This document shows positions 55,339 through 63,010 of a DNA stretch of 64,000 nucleotides, piece by piece. Both the position numbers and the translations under genes were made by a program. The notes under the pieces are model-generated. The model worked only from the letters and a program-made list of their open reading frames with translations. It searched no databases and was not told the origin of the DNA. The stretch is from Bacteroidales bacterium (GTDB lineage: Bacteria; Bacteroidota; Bacteroidia; Bacteroidales; WCHB1-69): assembly GCA_045130275.1 (NCBI GenBank), contig JBGUPL010000014.1, positions 15,743 to 79,742 of the forward strand, read 5' to 3'. Every line of letters begins with the position of its first letter. Within the stretch, counting starts at the first letter, position 1.

Positions 55339-55848
55339 TCAATCGTTGGTGTAAGCTGGTGTAGTGCTGAAGAACAATCCCGTGAATGTAAACTGTTGCG
55401 TGGAGTTGTCGCGGTACACCACTTGTTCCGGAATGTTCAGGTACATGCGGTTGTTGTTCTCGTCGGTGAAATTCAACGAACGATCCGGAATCGCAAAAAA
55501 GTGCCCTGAAGTGAGACCGAAAGTATCCGTTGTGGTGGCGGTAATGTCAACTCCAATCGTGTCGATGTGAACAGAAGTCGCCACCCGGCAGTATCGGCCA
55601 TGGCGCATACAATCTTTATGGACTAAATGTCCTAAAATCATGACGCATCCATCACAATCTTTTCCGTCATGTCCTATTTCTGTGGTTAGCAAATAATTGC
55701 CTGCTGTTTTGCCTTCTGAAGTCAGTTCAATGAGCCGATCTGGCGGAAAGGTGCAGGTCATTTCAGTTTCTTTTTTCTGGCAAGAAGTCAGAACAAGGAG
55801 CATGGCCACTACCATAACTCCAAACCAATTGTTTACTCTCATAAGCAT
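55339..55848 (-). CDS. Hypothetical lipoprotein
   Basis: Lipobox LVLTSC. 169-aa ORF followed by a hairpin (55225-55258). No known motif. Confidence 0.4.
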   Translation of the reverse strand: MLMRVNNWFGVMVVAMLLVLTSCQKKETEMTCTFPPDRLIELTSEGKTAGNYLLTTEIGHDGKDCDGCVMILGHLVHKDCMRHGRYCRVATSVHIDTIGVDITATTTDTFGLTSGHFFAIPDRSLNFTDENNNRMYLNIPEQVVYRDNSTQQFTFTGLFFSTTPAYTND

Positions 55849-56276
55849 AATGAATTTTTACCACAAAAGTATAAAAGATTCCCGTAGAAACTCCATTTTG
55901 TCAGCGCGATGGGGACGAAAACGGTCGGATTAATGACGAAATGATGAAATTTCTAAGATGCTGACATAATAAAATCAGAAGCTTAAGCATGTTTTTTTGT
56001 CCTTGTATATATTTGATAAACAGGTGTTTATAAGGTTTGCTCAAGCCGATTATGTCGATTTTTTATTTTGTCAGAACAAATTGGTTGATTTATTGAAAAT
56101 GCACCCCGAAATGTGACGAAAATATGAAATATGGTGATCGATGACAATTTAAATCATGCTTCAGTATGCTGTTTTTTTAATATGTTTCGAAGAAAATCAG
56201 GTTCTCATTACAATATTGCTACGTTCTACAAGGCATTCTATTGCCACAGGATAAGCGGAGATCACCGTTTCACGAC

Positions 56277-56390
56277 CTACCTCACCGCAACGACATTCCC
56301 TTCCGCCACGGCCTTGACGAGATAGACGCCGGGCGCTAAGGGGGAGAGGTCGATTTGGGTTTGCGCGGATGAACCATTTGCGTCCGTCTG
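56277..56390 (-). pseudogene. Orphan 3'-terminal remnant of a T9SS cargo gene (last two strands of a C-terminal sorting domain)
   Basis: The minus-strand translation ...TQIDLSPLAPGVYLVKAVAEGNVVAVR* matches the end of type-A T9SS CTDs. Upstream of it the frame runs only through a hairpin and a 9-mer array, with no protein body. Confidence 0.35.
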
Positions 56391-56393
56391 TAG

Positions 56394-56413
56394 GGGCGAA
56401 TGATTATTCGCCC
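56394..56413. repeat. REP-like perfect hairpin GGGCGAAT-gatt-ATTCGCCC preceded by CTGTAG
   Basis: 8-bp perfect inverted repeat with a 4-nt loop. The CTGTAGGGGCG prefix resembles the CTGTAGAGACG / CTGTAGAAACG palindromes inside the GH97 genes. Confidence 0.85.
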
Positions 56414-56468
56414 AATTCACCCAATTCGCCCAATTCACCCAATTCGCAAAATTCGCAAAATTCGCCGA
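56406..56468 (+). repeat. Tandem 9-mer array (ATTCGCCCA ATTCACCCA ATTCGCCCA ATTCACCCA ATTCGCAAA ATTCGCAAA ATTCGCCGA)
   Basis: Direct reading. The first unit is the right arm of the 56394-56413 hairpin. Confidence 0.9.
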
Positions 56469-56499
56469 CAAAAAAGGCGCCGCAACTGCGACGCCTTTT
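56469..56499 (-). terminator. Terminator after the permease-HMA operon (bidirectional shape)
   Basis: GGCGCCGC-aact-GCGACGCC stem (one C-A mismatch), flanked by A7 and T4. On the minus strand the stem is followed by TTTTTTG. Confidence 0.6.
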
Positions 56500-56550
56500 C
56501 CATATCATTGCGATATTGGTTTTCTTTTTGGCATATGCCACTCTTATGAT

Positions 56551-57795
56551 TTATTCCTTCACACCCTTAAACTCGAAGCCCGCCTGCTCAACGGCTTTGC
56601 GCACCTCGTCGGCAGAGGCGGTGCCGGTGACGACGAGGGTGTTGGCTGCAGGGGTGGCCTCGCAGGTTGCGACGCCTTTCACTTTGCCGACCGACTGCTC
56701 ACAGGCGGCTTTACAATGGTTGCAGTGCATGCCCTCAACGGTATAGACCACCGTGTCGGTTGCTGTTTCTTGTTTCTTGAATTTGCTGAAGAATTTCATA
56801 CTCAATGCAATTATGATGAACAATACTAATAATGCCGAACAGATGATTTGAAAGACGCTGGGCGAGGCGACCTCCGAGGAACAACAGGCGCTGTGCATAC
56901 CGCATCCTTCGGACATACCTATAGCGTTGATGCCCAGTGCGTTAATTAGCAACCCGAAGAGGATGGAAAAGCCCACGATGGTGAGAAGGTAGATCCACGT
57001 GAAACGCCTGCCCATCGACTTGCGCACCACGAGGATGGAGGCGATGTTGACCGCAGGACCGGCCATCAGCATCACCAGCGCGGCTCCGGGCGAGAGGCCT
57101 TTCATCATCAATGCCGCCGCCACGGGGATGCTGCCGGTGGAGCAGATGTACATCGGCACCGCCACCACGAGGATGACCAGCATCTGCAATAAAGGCTGCT
57201 TGCCGAAGGAGAGGAAGAACTCGTCGGGAACGGCCACATTGATGAGGGCGGCCACCAGCAGACCGATGGCCAAGCGCAGGCCGATGTCCTGAATCATATC
57301 AAAGTAGGCGTACTTGAAAACGCGCCAGAGGCGGTTGCCGCTTTCCACCTTGCAGGTCGTTTCGGTAGCGTATGTTTTTCCGTCAGCTTTCACCAAACGA
57401 TTTACGAGAAAACCGCCACAGACACCGGTGACTAATGCGGCCACGGGACGCGTAATAGCAAAGCCCAAACCCATCAGCGAGAAGGTGGCCAGGATGGAGT
57501 CGATGCCCGTCTGCGGCGTGGCGATGAGGAATGAGGCCACAGCTCCTTTCGATGCGCCCTCGTTCTTCAGCCCCACAGCGGTGGGGATGACACCGCACGA
57601 GCAGAGCGGCAGCGGCACACCTAAAAGGGCGGCCCACAGCACCGACAGTTTGTTGTCGCGCGAGAGATATTTTGCGTAAAACGTTTTCGGCACAAACACA
57701 TGCAGTATCCCCGCGATAAGGAAACCCAACAACAGATAGGGACTCATCGCATTGATGACTGCCAGCAGCGCGTTGAAAAATTCTCCAATTGTCAT
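56551..57795 (-). CDS. ArsP/DUF318-type permease (SO_0444-like metal efflux family) fused to a C-terminal heavy-metal-associated (HMA) domain
   Basis: Polytopic permease with paired Cys (PLCSCGVIP). The C-terminal ~65 aa, VVYTVEGMHCNHCKAACEQSVGKVKGV..., carry the GMxCxxC HMA motif. Confidence 0.8.
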   Translation of the reverse strand: MTIGEFFNALLAVINAMSPYLLLGFLIAGILHVFVPKTFYAKYLSRDNKLSVLWAALLGVPLPLCSCGVIPTAVGLKNEGASKGAVASFLIATPQTGIDSILATFSLMGLGFAITRPVAALVTGVCGGFLVNRLVKADGKTYATETTCKVESGNRLWRVFKYAYFDMIQDIGLRLAIGLLVAALINVAVPDEFFLSFGKQPLLQMLVILVVAVPMYICSTGSIPVAAALMMKGLSPGAALVMLMAGPAVNIASILVVRKSMGRRFTWIYLLTIVGFSILFGLLINALGINAIGMSEGCGMHSACCSSEVASPSVFQIICSALLVLFIIIALSMKFFSKFKKQETATDTVVYTVEGMHCNHCKAACEQSVGKVKGVATCEATPAANTLVVTGTASADEVRKAVEQAGFEFKGVKE

Positions 57796-57804
57796 ACTTA
57801 ATAC

Positions 57805-58581
57805 TTATTTCAGTAACTCCTTGATGCGTTTCTTGTCGCAGGCGGTCATGCAGCGCATGCATTTCATCACAGTGTGGGTGGAGGCACGTTCCTGATTGTC
57901 GGGATTGTTACGATATTCGTGGCAGCGGTCGGTATCGTAGCCATCGTCGGTGAGTGCGCCGCAGGGACAGGCGTCGAGGCAGGCGCGGCATCCATCGCAG
58001 AGATCGCAGGTGACGTCGGGATAGCGGTAGTCGCCGCCCATCAGCGGTGCGTCGGTGAGCAGCAGACCGATGGTGTGCCATGCGCCGTATTCGCCGGCGA
58101 GGAACCGCTGACTGCGCCCCACCACGCCTTTGCGCGAGGCGGCCATCATATGTGACAGCTTGGCATCGGGCAGTGGCGAGGGCGGTATTAGGGCGGTATT
58201 GTAGCCTTGGAACTCTATCTTCTCACGGAAGCCCATGAGGTATCCTAAGGTGATGAGCTCGGCACAAGACGAGATGCGGTCGCCACGATTGCCGGGAGCC
58301 GCCTGCTCGGCAAAGAGGAACGGCTCGGCAATGGTCTGCCCGAGGAGAATGGCGGCGTGAGGCTCGATGCCATAACCGTCGAATAGGGCTTTCTCTTCCG
58401 CTGGCAACAAGTCGATGTCGATGATGCAGAAAATCGGGATATGCTCGGAGAAGGCCGACTCCTGCAGGAGGAAGGAGAGCTTGCGACGCTCCTGTGCCTC
58501 GGGGTCTTTGGCTAAGTAGGATTCGGGAATCTGCGCCTCCACATCCTGGCGGCTGCGGGGTTCGCCCCATTTCTTCTTCAT
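57805..58581 (-). CDS. 4Fe-4S double-cluster protein, epoxyqueuosine-reductase (QueG)/reductive-dehalogenase-like, paralog B
   Basis: CDLCDGCRACLDACP (C-x2-C-x2-C-x3-CP) and a second Cys cluster KCMRCMTAC. ATG 58579-58581 overlaps the upstream stop in an ATGA. A longer listed start (58608) is less likely. Confidence 0.55.
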   Translation of the reverse strand: MKKKWGEPRSRQDVEAQIPESYLAKDPEAQERRKLSFLLQESAFSEHIPIFCIIDIDLLPAEEKALFDGYGIEPHAAILLGQTIAEPFLFAEQAAPGNRGDRISSCAELITLGYLMGFREKIEFQGYNTALIPPSPLPDAKLSHMMAASRKGVVGRSQRFLAGEYGAWHTIGLLLTDAPLMGGDYRYPDVTCDLCDGCRACLDACPCGALTDDGYDTDRCHEYRNNPDNQERASTHTVMKCMRCMTACDKKRIKELLK

Positions 58582-59315
58582 GGCCGCACCTCCTTTCCGT
58601 CCTTCCATTTCACCTTCCCTTGCGGACAGACGCGCAGGCAGCGGTCGCAGTCCTGTTTCACGAAGTCGCTATAATAGTCCATGTTGGGTTTCACATTGAT
58701 GATGGCCTCGCACTGCCGCTGGTGGAAGTAGTAGTCGCCGAGGATGGCGCCGCTCATGCAGACCTTCTGGCAGGCGGTGCAGCGTCCGCAACGGACGGGC
58801 ACCTCCTTGATGGTGGTCACTAACGGCGCGTCGGTCATCAGGTAGGTCATATTGATGCGCGGTCCGTACTTCTCAGTGACGAGCACGTTGCTCTTGCCGA
58901 TGTAGCCCATTCCGCAGCTGGCAGCGGCATCGGCGAAACGGATGCCGGTGTCGAAGAGGGCACCGCCGTAGGCATCACCGCCGAAGTAGAGATAGCCCTC
59001 CTGCCGCAAGAAGCGTTTCACTGTCCACACGCGGCGGTCGAGTTCCAGCAGGGCGTAGGAGTAGAACTTGCCGCTCTTGCCGTTCTGCACCCATCCGCGG
59101 GTGAAGGGGTCGGCCAGCCCCACGGCGAACATCAGCACAGCCTTGGCCGTCGGCCACAATTCCTTGGGTCGCCGTCCGGGACGCGCCTTCTCGTTGAGCG
59201 GTCCCACATCTGCAATGCCGAAGAGGTCCCAGTCCTCATCGTCCACCAGCTTCAGCAGCCGGTCGGTCAGCGCTTGGTCCTGTGTCCACGGGTGAGGATA
59301 TTTTGTGGCATCCAT
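58578..59315 (-). CDS. 4Fe-4S double-cluster protein, QueG/reductive-dehalogenase-like, paralog A
   Basis: RCGRCTACQKVC and CDRCLRVCPQG ferredoxin-type motifs. The N-terminal domain is collinear with paralog B (GY..IG.SN/L..., LLTDAPL / LMTDAPL). Confidence 0.55.
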   Translation of the reverse strand: MDATKYPHPWTQDQALTDRLLKLVDDEDWDLFGIADVGPLNEKARPGRRPKELWPTAKAVLMFAVGLADPFTRGWVQNGKSGKFYSYALLELDRRVWTVKRFLRQEGYLYFGGDAYGGALFDTGIRFADAAASCGMGYIGKSNVLVTEKYGPRINMTYLMTDAPLVTTIKEVPVRCGRCTACQKVCMSGAILGDYYFHQRQCEAIINVKPNMDYYSDFVKQDCDRCLRVCPQGKVKWKDGKEVRP

Positions 59316-59389
59316 AGTGTTTATTATCGTCTCGAAAGAATTCGCAAAGGTACGATTTTTTCATCCTGACTTTCTATCAAAATTTTTTG

Positions 59390-59397
59390 TATTTTTG
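59390..59397 (+). promoter_or_regulatory. -7 box TATTTTTG upstream of the DUF4143 ATPase gene
   Basis: Matches TAnnTTTG, 60 nt upstream of ATG 59457. Confidence 0.45.
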
Positions 59398-59413
59398 CTG
59401 CGGATTTTCTTGA

Positions 59414-59438
59414 ATATCCGCAATAGCGTTGCGGATAT
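59414..59438. promoter_or_regulatory. Perfect 10-bp inverted repeat ATATCCGCAA-tagcg-TTGCGGATAT in the ATPase leader (operator or leader hairpin)
   Basis: Direct reading. A third GCGGAT copy at 59400-59405 can also pair with ATCCGC at 59416-59421. Confidence 0.5.
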
Positions 59439-59456
59439 TATAAATTTTTATCGGTT

Positions 59457-60596
59457 ATGATTCAGCGTTATTGTCCATTATCAAGCCAATTGAAAGGAAG
59501 TGTCTTCCTCTTTGGAGCCCGTCAAACTGGGAAAAGTACCTTTTTGGAGACTGTTTTCCACGATTCGATCTATTATGATCTGTTAGACAGTGTGGTTCGT
59601 CGACGGTTTCAGCGACATCCGGAATTACTCTATGAGATGCATAAAGATGATCGGGAAGGTACTATTGTGGTCATTGATGAAATCCCTGAGATTCCTGAAT
59701 TGTTGAATGAAGTTCATCGTCTAATCCAGAAGAGGAACCTCCGATTTGTTTTATGTGGTAGCAGTGCCCGAAAGTTGAAACGAAAAGGGTACAACACATT
59801 GGGTGGACGTGCCCGTCCGTGGTATTTTTATCCTTTTGTCAGTCCCGAACTTCCCGATCTGGATTTGGATAAAGCTTTGCTATATGGGCTTTTACCGTCA
59901 CACTATTTAAGCCAAAACCCACACGAGCTATTAGCTGGTTACATTGATGTTTATTTGAAAGAGGAGATAAAAGAGGAGGCTTTGGTGCGTAACTTGGACG
60001 GATTTCAACGTTTTCTTGAGGCGGCGGCTCTTACAAACGGTGAGATGGTGAATTTCACGAACATAGCCAGCGATTGCGAGGTGAGTGCCAATACAGTGAA
60101 GGGTTATTTCAGCATTCTTGAGGACACGCTTATCGGATATATGATTCCCGCATATACGAAAGTGATGAAACGCAGGGTTGTGCAGGCTCCCAAATTCTAT
60201 TTTTTTGACGTAGGCGTTTACAATTATTTGCTGCATCGCACCTCGTTGGCACCGGAGACACCCGAATACGGACACTGTTTCGAGCATTTCATCATGCAGG
60301 AAATCATAGCCTATATCGGTTACAGCCACAATGAAAAGAAATTGAGCTATTGGCGGACCTATAATGGCAAGGAAATTGATGCGGTCATTGGTGCGGCCGA
60401 AATCGGTATAGAGGTGAAATCCACTTCCGAGATAAAAACCAAGCACATTTCCAATTTCAAGGAGTTCAGGGAGGAGTTTCCGGACAGCAGGTGCATTGTT
60501 GTTTCAAAAGACAGATTCAACCGTAGAATTGAAGAAGTTGAGTCTCTTTATGTTTTTGATTTTCTCCGTATGCTCTGGGCGGGGGAGCTGTTCTGA
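59457..60596 (+). CDS. AAA-family ATPase with DUF4143 C-terminal domain
   Basis: Walker A GARQTGKST and Walker B VVIDEIPE. The C-terminal half has the restriction-endonuclease-like DUF4143 pattern (YWRTYNGKEIDAVI...IEVKS). Confidence 0.8.
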   Translation: MIQRYCPLSSQLKGSVFLFGARQTGKSTFLETVFHDSIYYDLLDSVVRRRFQRHPELLYEMHKDDREGTIVVIDEIPEIPELLNEVHRLIQKRNLRFVLCGSSARKLKRKGYNTLGGRARPWYFYPFVSPELPDLDLDKALLYGLLPSHYLSQNPHELLAGYIDVYLKEEIKEEALVRNLDGFQRFLEAAALTNGEMVNFTNIASDCEVSANTVKGYFSILEDTLIGYMIPAYTKVMKRRVVQAPKFYFFDVGVYNYLLHRTSLAPETPEYGHCFEHFIMQEIIAYIGYSHNEKKLSYWRTYNGKEIDAVIGAAEIGIEVKSTSEIKTKHISNFKEFREEFPDSRCIVVSKDRFNRRIEEVESLYVFDFLRMLWAGELF

Positions 60597-60620
60597 CGGT
60601 GCGAATGTACATATCAAATC

Positions 60621-60655
60621 AAAAAAAGGCACCCGTTTCCGAGTGCCTTTCTCTT
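60621..60655. terminator. Bidirectional terminator between the ATPase gene and the hydrogenase operon
   Basis: Stem AAAGGCAC / GTGCCTTT with a 10-nt loop, an A7 run upstream and a TTTCTCTT tail. Confidence 0.65.
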
Positions 60656-60675
60656 ATCATACGATCCAAGGATTA

Positions 60676-61167
60676 TTACTCCTTTTCTCTGTATTCTTGA
60701 ACGATGTTCTTGACGTTCGCGGGGGCCAGACGACCATAGACCTTGCCGTCCACGAGGCAGACGGGAGCCAGACCGCAGGCGCCGACGCAACGCAGGGAGG
60801 TGAGGGAGAAGAGACCGGCTTTGTCCGTTTCGCCGGGCATGATACCCAGTTCTTTCTCGAACGCATCCAGAATTTTCTCGGCACCGCGCACGTAGCAGGC
60901 CGTACCCATACACACGGAAACCGGATATTTACCCTTCGGTTGCATGGTGAAGAAAGAGTAGAAGGAGACAACGCCATAGACCTTTGCGGTCGGGATGTGC
61001 AGTCTCTCTGCAATCAACTCTTGAGCCTCAGCAGGAAGGTAACCCAGGTAGTCCTGTGTCTGGTGCAGAACGTTAATCAATTCGCCAGGAGCATTATTGA
61101 ATCTGTCGCAGATCTCAATAATCTTGTCGCTGACTTCCTTTTTCATTTTGATAATTATCTTATCCAT
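60676..61167 (-). CDS. NuoE-like [2Fe-2S] thioredoxin-fold subunit of NAD(P)-linked [FeFe] hydrogenase (HydC/HndA-like)
   Basis: CMGTACYVRG ... LRCVGACGLAPV four-Cys [2Fe-2S] pattern of the NuoE family. Confidence 0.85.
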   Translation of the reverse strand: MDKIIIKMKKEVSDKIIEICDRFNNAPGELINVLHQTQDYLGYLPAEAQELIAERLHIPTAKVYGVVSFYSFFTMQPKGKYPVSVCMGTACYVRGAEKILDAFEKELGIMPGETDKAGLFSLTSLRCVGACGLAPVCLVDGKVYGRLAPANVKNIVQEYREKE

Positions 61168-61207
61168 AATGGTGTTTTTTTAATTATTGATGATTACTGA
61201 AACAGAA

Positions 61208-63004
61208 TTATTTGTTCAAATCCACTTCAACGGTCGTTTGTCTGTCGAAATAATGGGTATGCAACAGTTCATGCGATTTGTGGCCGCACGGTTCGCCCAG
61301 ATATTCCTTGTAGATAGCTTGGATGGACGGGTTCTCGTGGGATTTACGAATCGGCATGTTCTTATCAGCTTGATAGATAGCTTCCCAACGGGCTTTGATG
61401 ATGTCGCCGTTGCCGTGGTGCAGAGGTTGACCACCGCCGTCGATACAACCGCCAGGGCAAGCCATGATTTCAATAGCGTGGAAATTGCACTTGCCAGCCT
61501 TGATGTCCTCTAACAGCTTACGGGCGTTCTTCAAACCGTGGGCGATACCGATGTTGAGCGGCAGACCGTCAACGTCGATGGTGGCGCTACGCACGCCTTC
61601 CAGACCGCGGAGTTCCTCGAAGTCGATCTTCGGGAGAGGTTTCTTGGTGATCACCTCGTAAGCGGTACGGACTGCAGCCTCGATCACGCCGCCGGTGGTA
61701 CCGAAGATGACAGCAGCACCGGTGGATTCGCCGAGCGGGCTATCGAATTCTTCGTCCGGAAGTTTCGTGAAATCGATGTTGGCTTGTTTGATGAGGGCAG
61801 CCAGCTCGCGGGTGGAGATGGAGAAATCGACATCGGGATTGCCGTTCACCTTGAATTCGTCGCGGGAGCACTCGTATTTCTTGGCCAAGCAAGGCATCAC
61901 GGAAACGCAGACCATGTCTTCGCGTTTGCAGTTGATCTTCTCGGCGAAATAGCTCTTCGCGATGGCACCGAACATCTGTTGAGGAGATTTTGCGGTGGAA
62001 GGCAGATCTCTCATTTCCGGGAACTGGTGCTCGAAGAAGTTCACCCATGCCGGGCAGCAAGAGGTGAGGATCGGAAGCGGAACGCTCTTATCACCACCGA
62101 GATATTTGGTCAGACGGCCGATGAGCTCGGTACCTTCTTCCATAATCGTCAAGTCAGCACTCCAGTCAGTGTCGAACACATAGTCGAAACCGAGGGCCTT
62201 GAGGGCGGCGGTGAGCTTGCCGGTCACGATGGAACCGGGCTTCATGCCGAATTCCTCACCGAGAGCCACACGCACGGCGGGAGCCACTTGGACAACCGTC
62301 TTCTTGGTAGGATCCACGATGGCGCGGATGACCTTTGCGGTGTTATCGACTTCGGTAAGAGCGCCCACAGGACAAACGGCCACGCACTGTCCGCAGAACG
62401 TACACGGAGAGTGGTCGAGGTGCTGGTTGAAGGCGGTGGAGACGACTGCCGGGAAGCCGCGCTCGATAGCGGAGAGGGCACCCACGGTCTGCATCTCGTT
62501 ACACATCATTTCGCAACGACGGCACATGACGCACTTGTTCATGTCGCGGATGATAGAGGGAGAAACCTCAATCTGGTAGCTGGACTGAGCGTGGTCGGGA
62601 CCGACGAACGGGTTGCTGCGGATGCCGAAGCGGATGGCGAGCGCTTGGAGTTCGCACTTTCCGCTCTTGGCGCATTGCAGACAGTCATTCGGGTGGTCGG
62701 AGAGCATGAGCTCGAGCACCGTGCGGCGGGCGTTGATCACGCGCATCGAGTTGGTGCGAACCACCATGTCGGGCATACATTCGGTGACGCAGGCGGGGGC
62801 CAGGTTTCTGCGGCCTTCAACCTCCACGACACAGAGACGGCATCCACCAGGTCTGTTGTGGACATCCATGCCCTTGAATTCAAAGTGGCAAAGGGTGGGG
62901 ATGGAGATACCCATCTGCTTTGCGGCGTTAAGAATCGTAGTACCTTTCGGCACTTCAATTTCTCTATTGTCTATTTTTAATTTGATTGTATCCATATTGT
63001 TCAC
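61208..63004 (-). CDS. hydA: [FeFe] hydrogenase catalytic subunit (HydA/HndD-like)
   Basis: N-terminal 2Fe-2S and 4Fe-4S ferredoxin modules. H-cluster motifs TSCCPAW, MPCLAKKYE, EIMACPGGCIDGGGQP. Confidence 0.92.
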   Translation of the reverse strand: MNNMDTIKLKIDNREIEVPKGTTILNAAKQMGISIPTLCHFEFKGMDVHNRPGGCRLCVVEVEGRRNLAPACVTECMPDMVVRTNSMRVINARRTVLELMLSDHPNDCLQCAKSGKCELQALAIRFGIRSNPFVGPDHAQSSYQIEVSPSIIRDMNKCVMCRRCEMMCNEMQTVGALSAIERGFPAVVSTAFNQHLDHSPCTFCGQCVAVCPVGALTEVDNTAKVIRAIVDPTKKTVVQVAPAVRVALGEEFGMKPGSIVTGKLTAALKALGFDYVFDTDWSADLTIMEEGTELIGRLTKYLGGDKSVPLPILTSCCPAWVNFFEHQFPEMRDLPSTAKSPQQMFGAIAKSYFAEKINCKREDMVCVSVMPCLAKKYECSRDEFKVNGNPDVDFSISTRELAALIKQANIDFTKLPDEEFDSPLGESTGAAVIFGTTGGVIEAAVRTAYEVITKKPLPKIDFEELRGLEGVRSATIDVDGLPLNIGIAHGLKNARKLLEDIKAGKCNFHAIEIMACPGGCIDGGGQPLHHGNGDIIKARWEAIYQADKNMPIRKSHENPSIQAIYKEYLGEPCGHKSHELLHTHYFDRQTTVEVDLNK

Positions 63005-63010
63005 CTTTCA

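Noticed and set aside
56131-56325. 64-aa plus-strand ORF and the full 56277-56471 minus-strand ORF in the decayed region.
   Set aside because: The plus-strand ORF has no features. The N-terminal half of the minus-strand ORF is just the translated 9-mer array (ANFANFANWVNWANWVNW), and its ATG sits in a terminator. Only the CTD-like tail is retained, as a pseudogene remnant.
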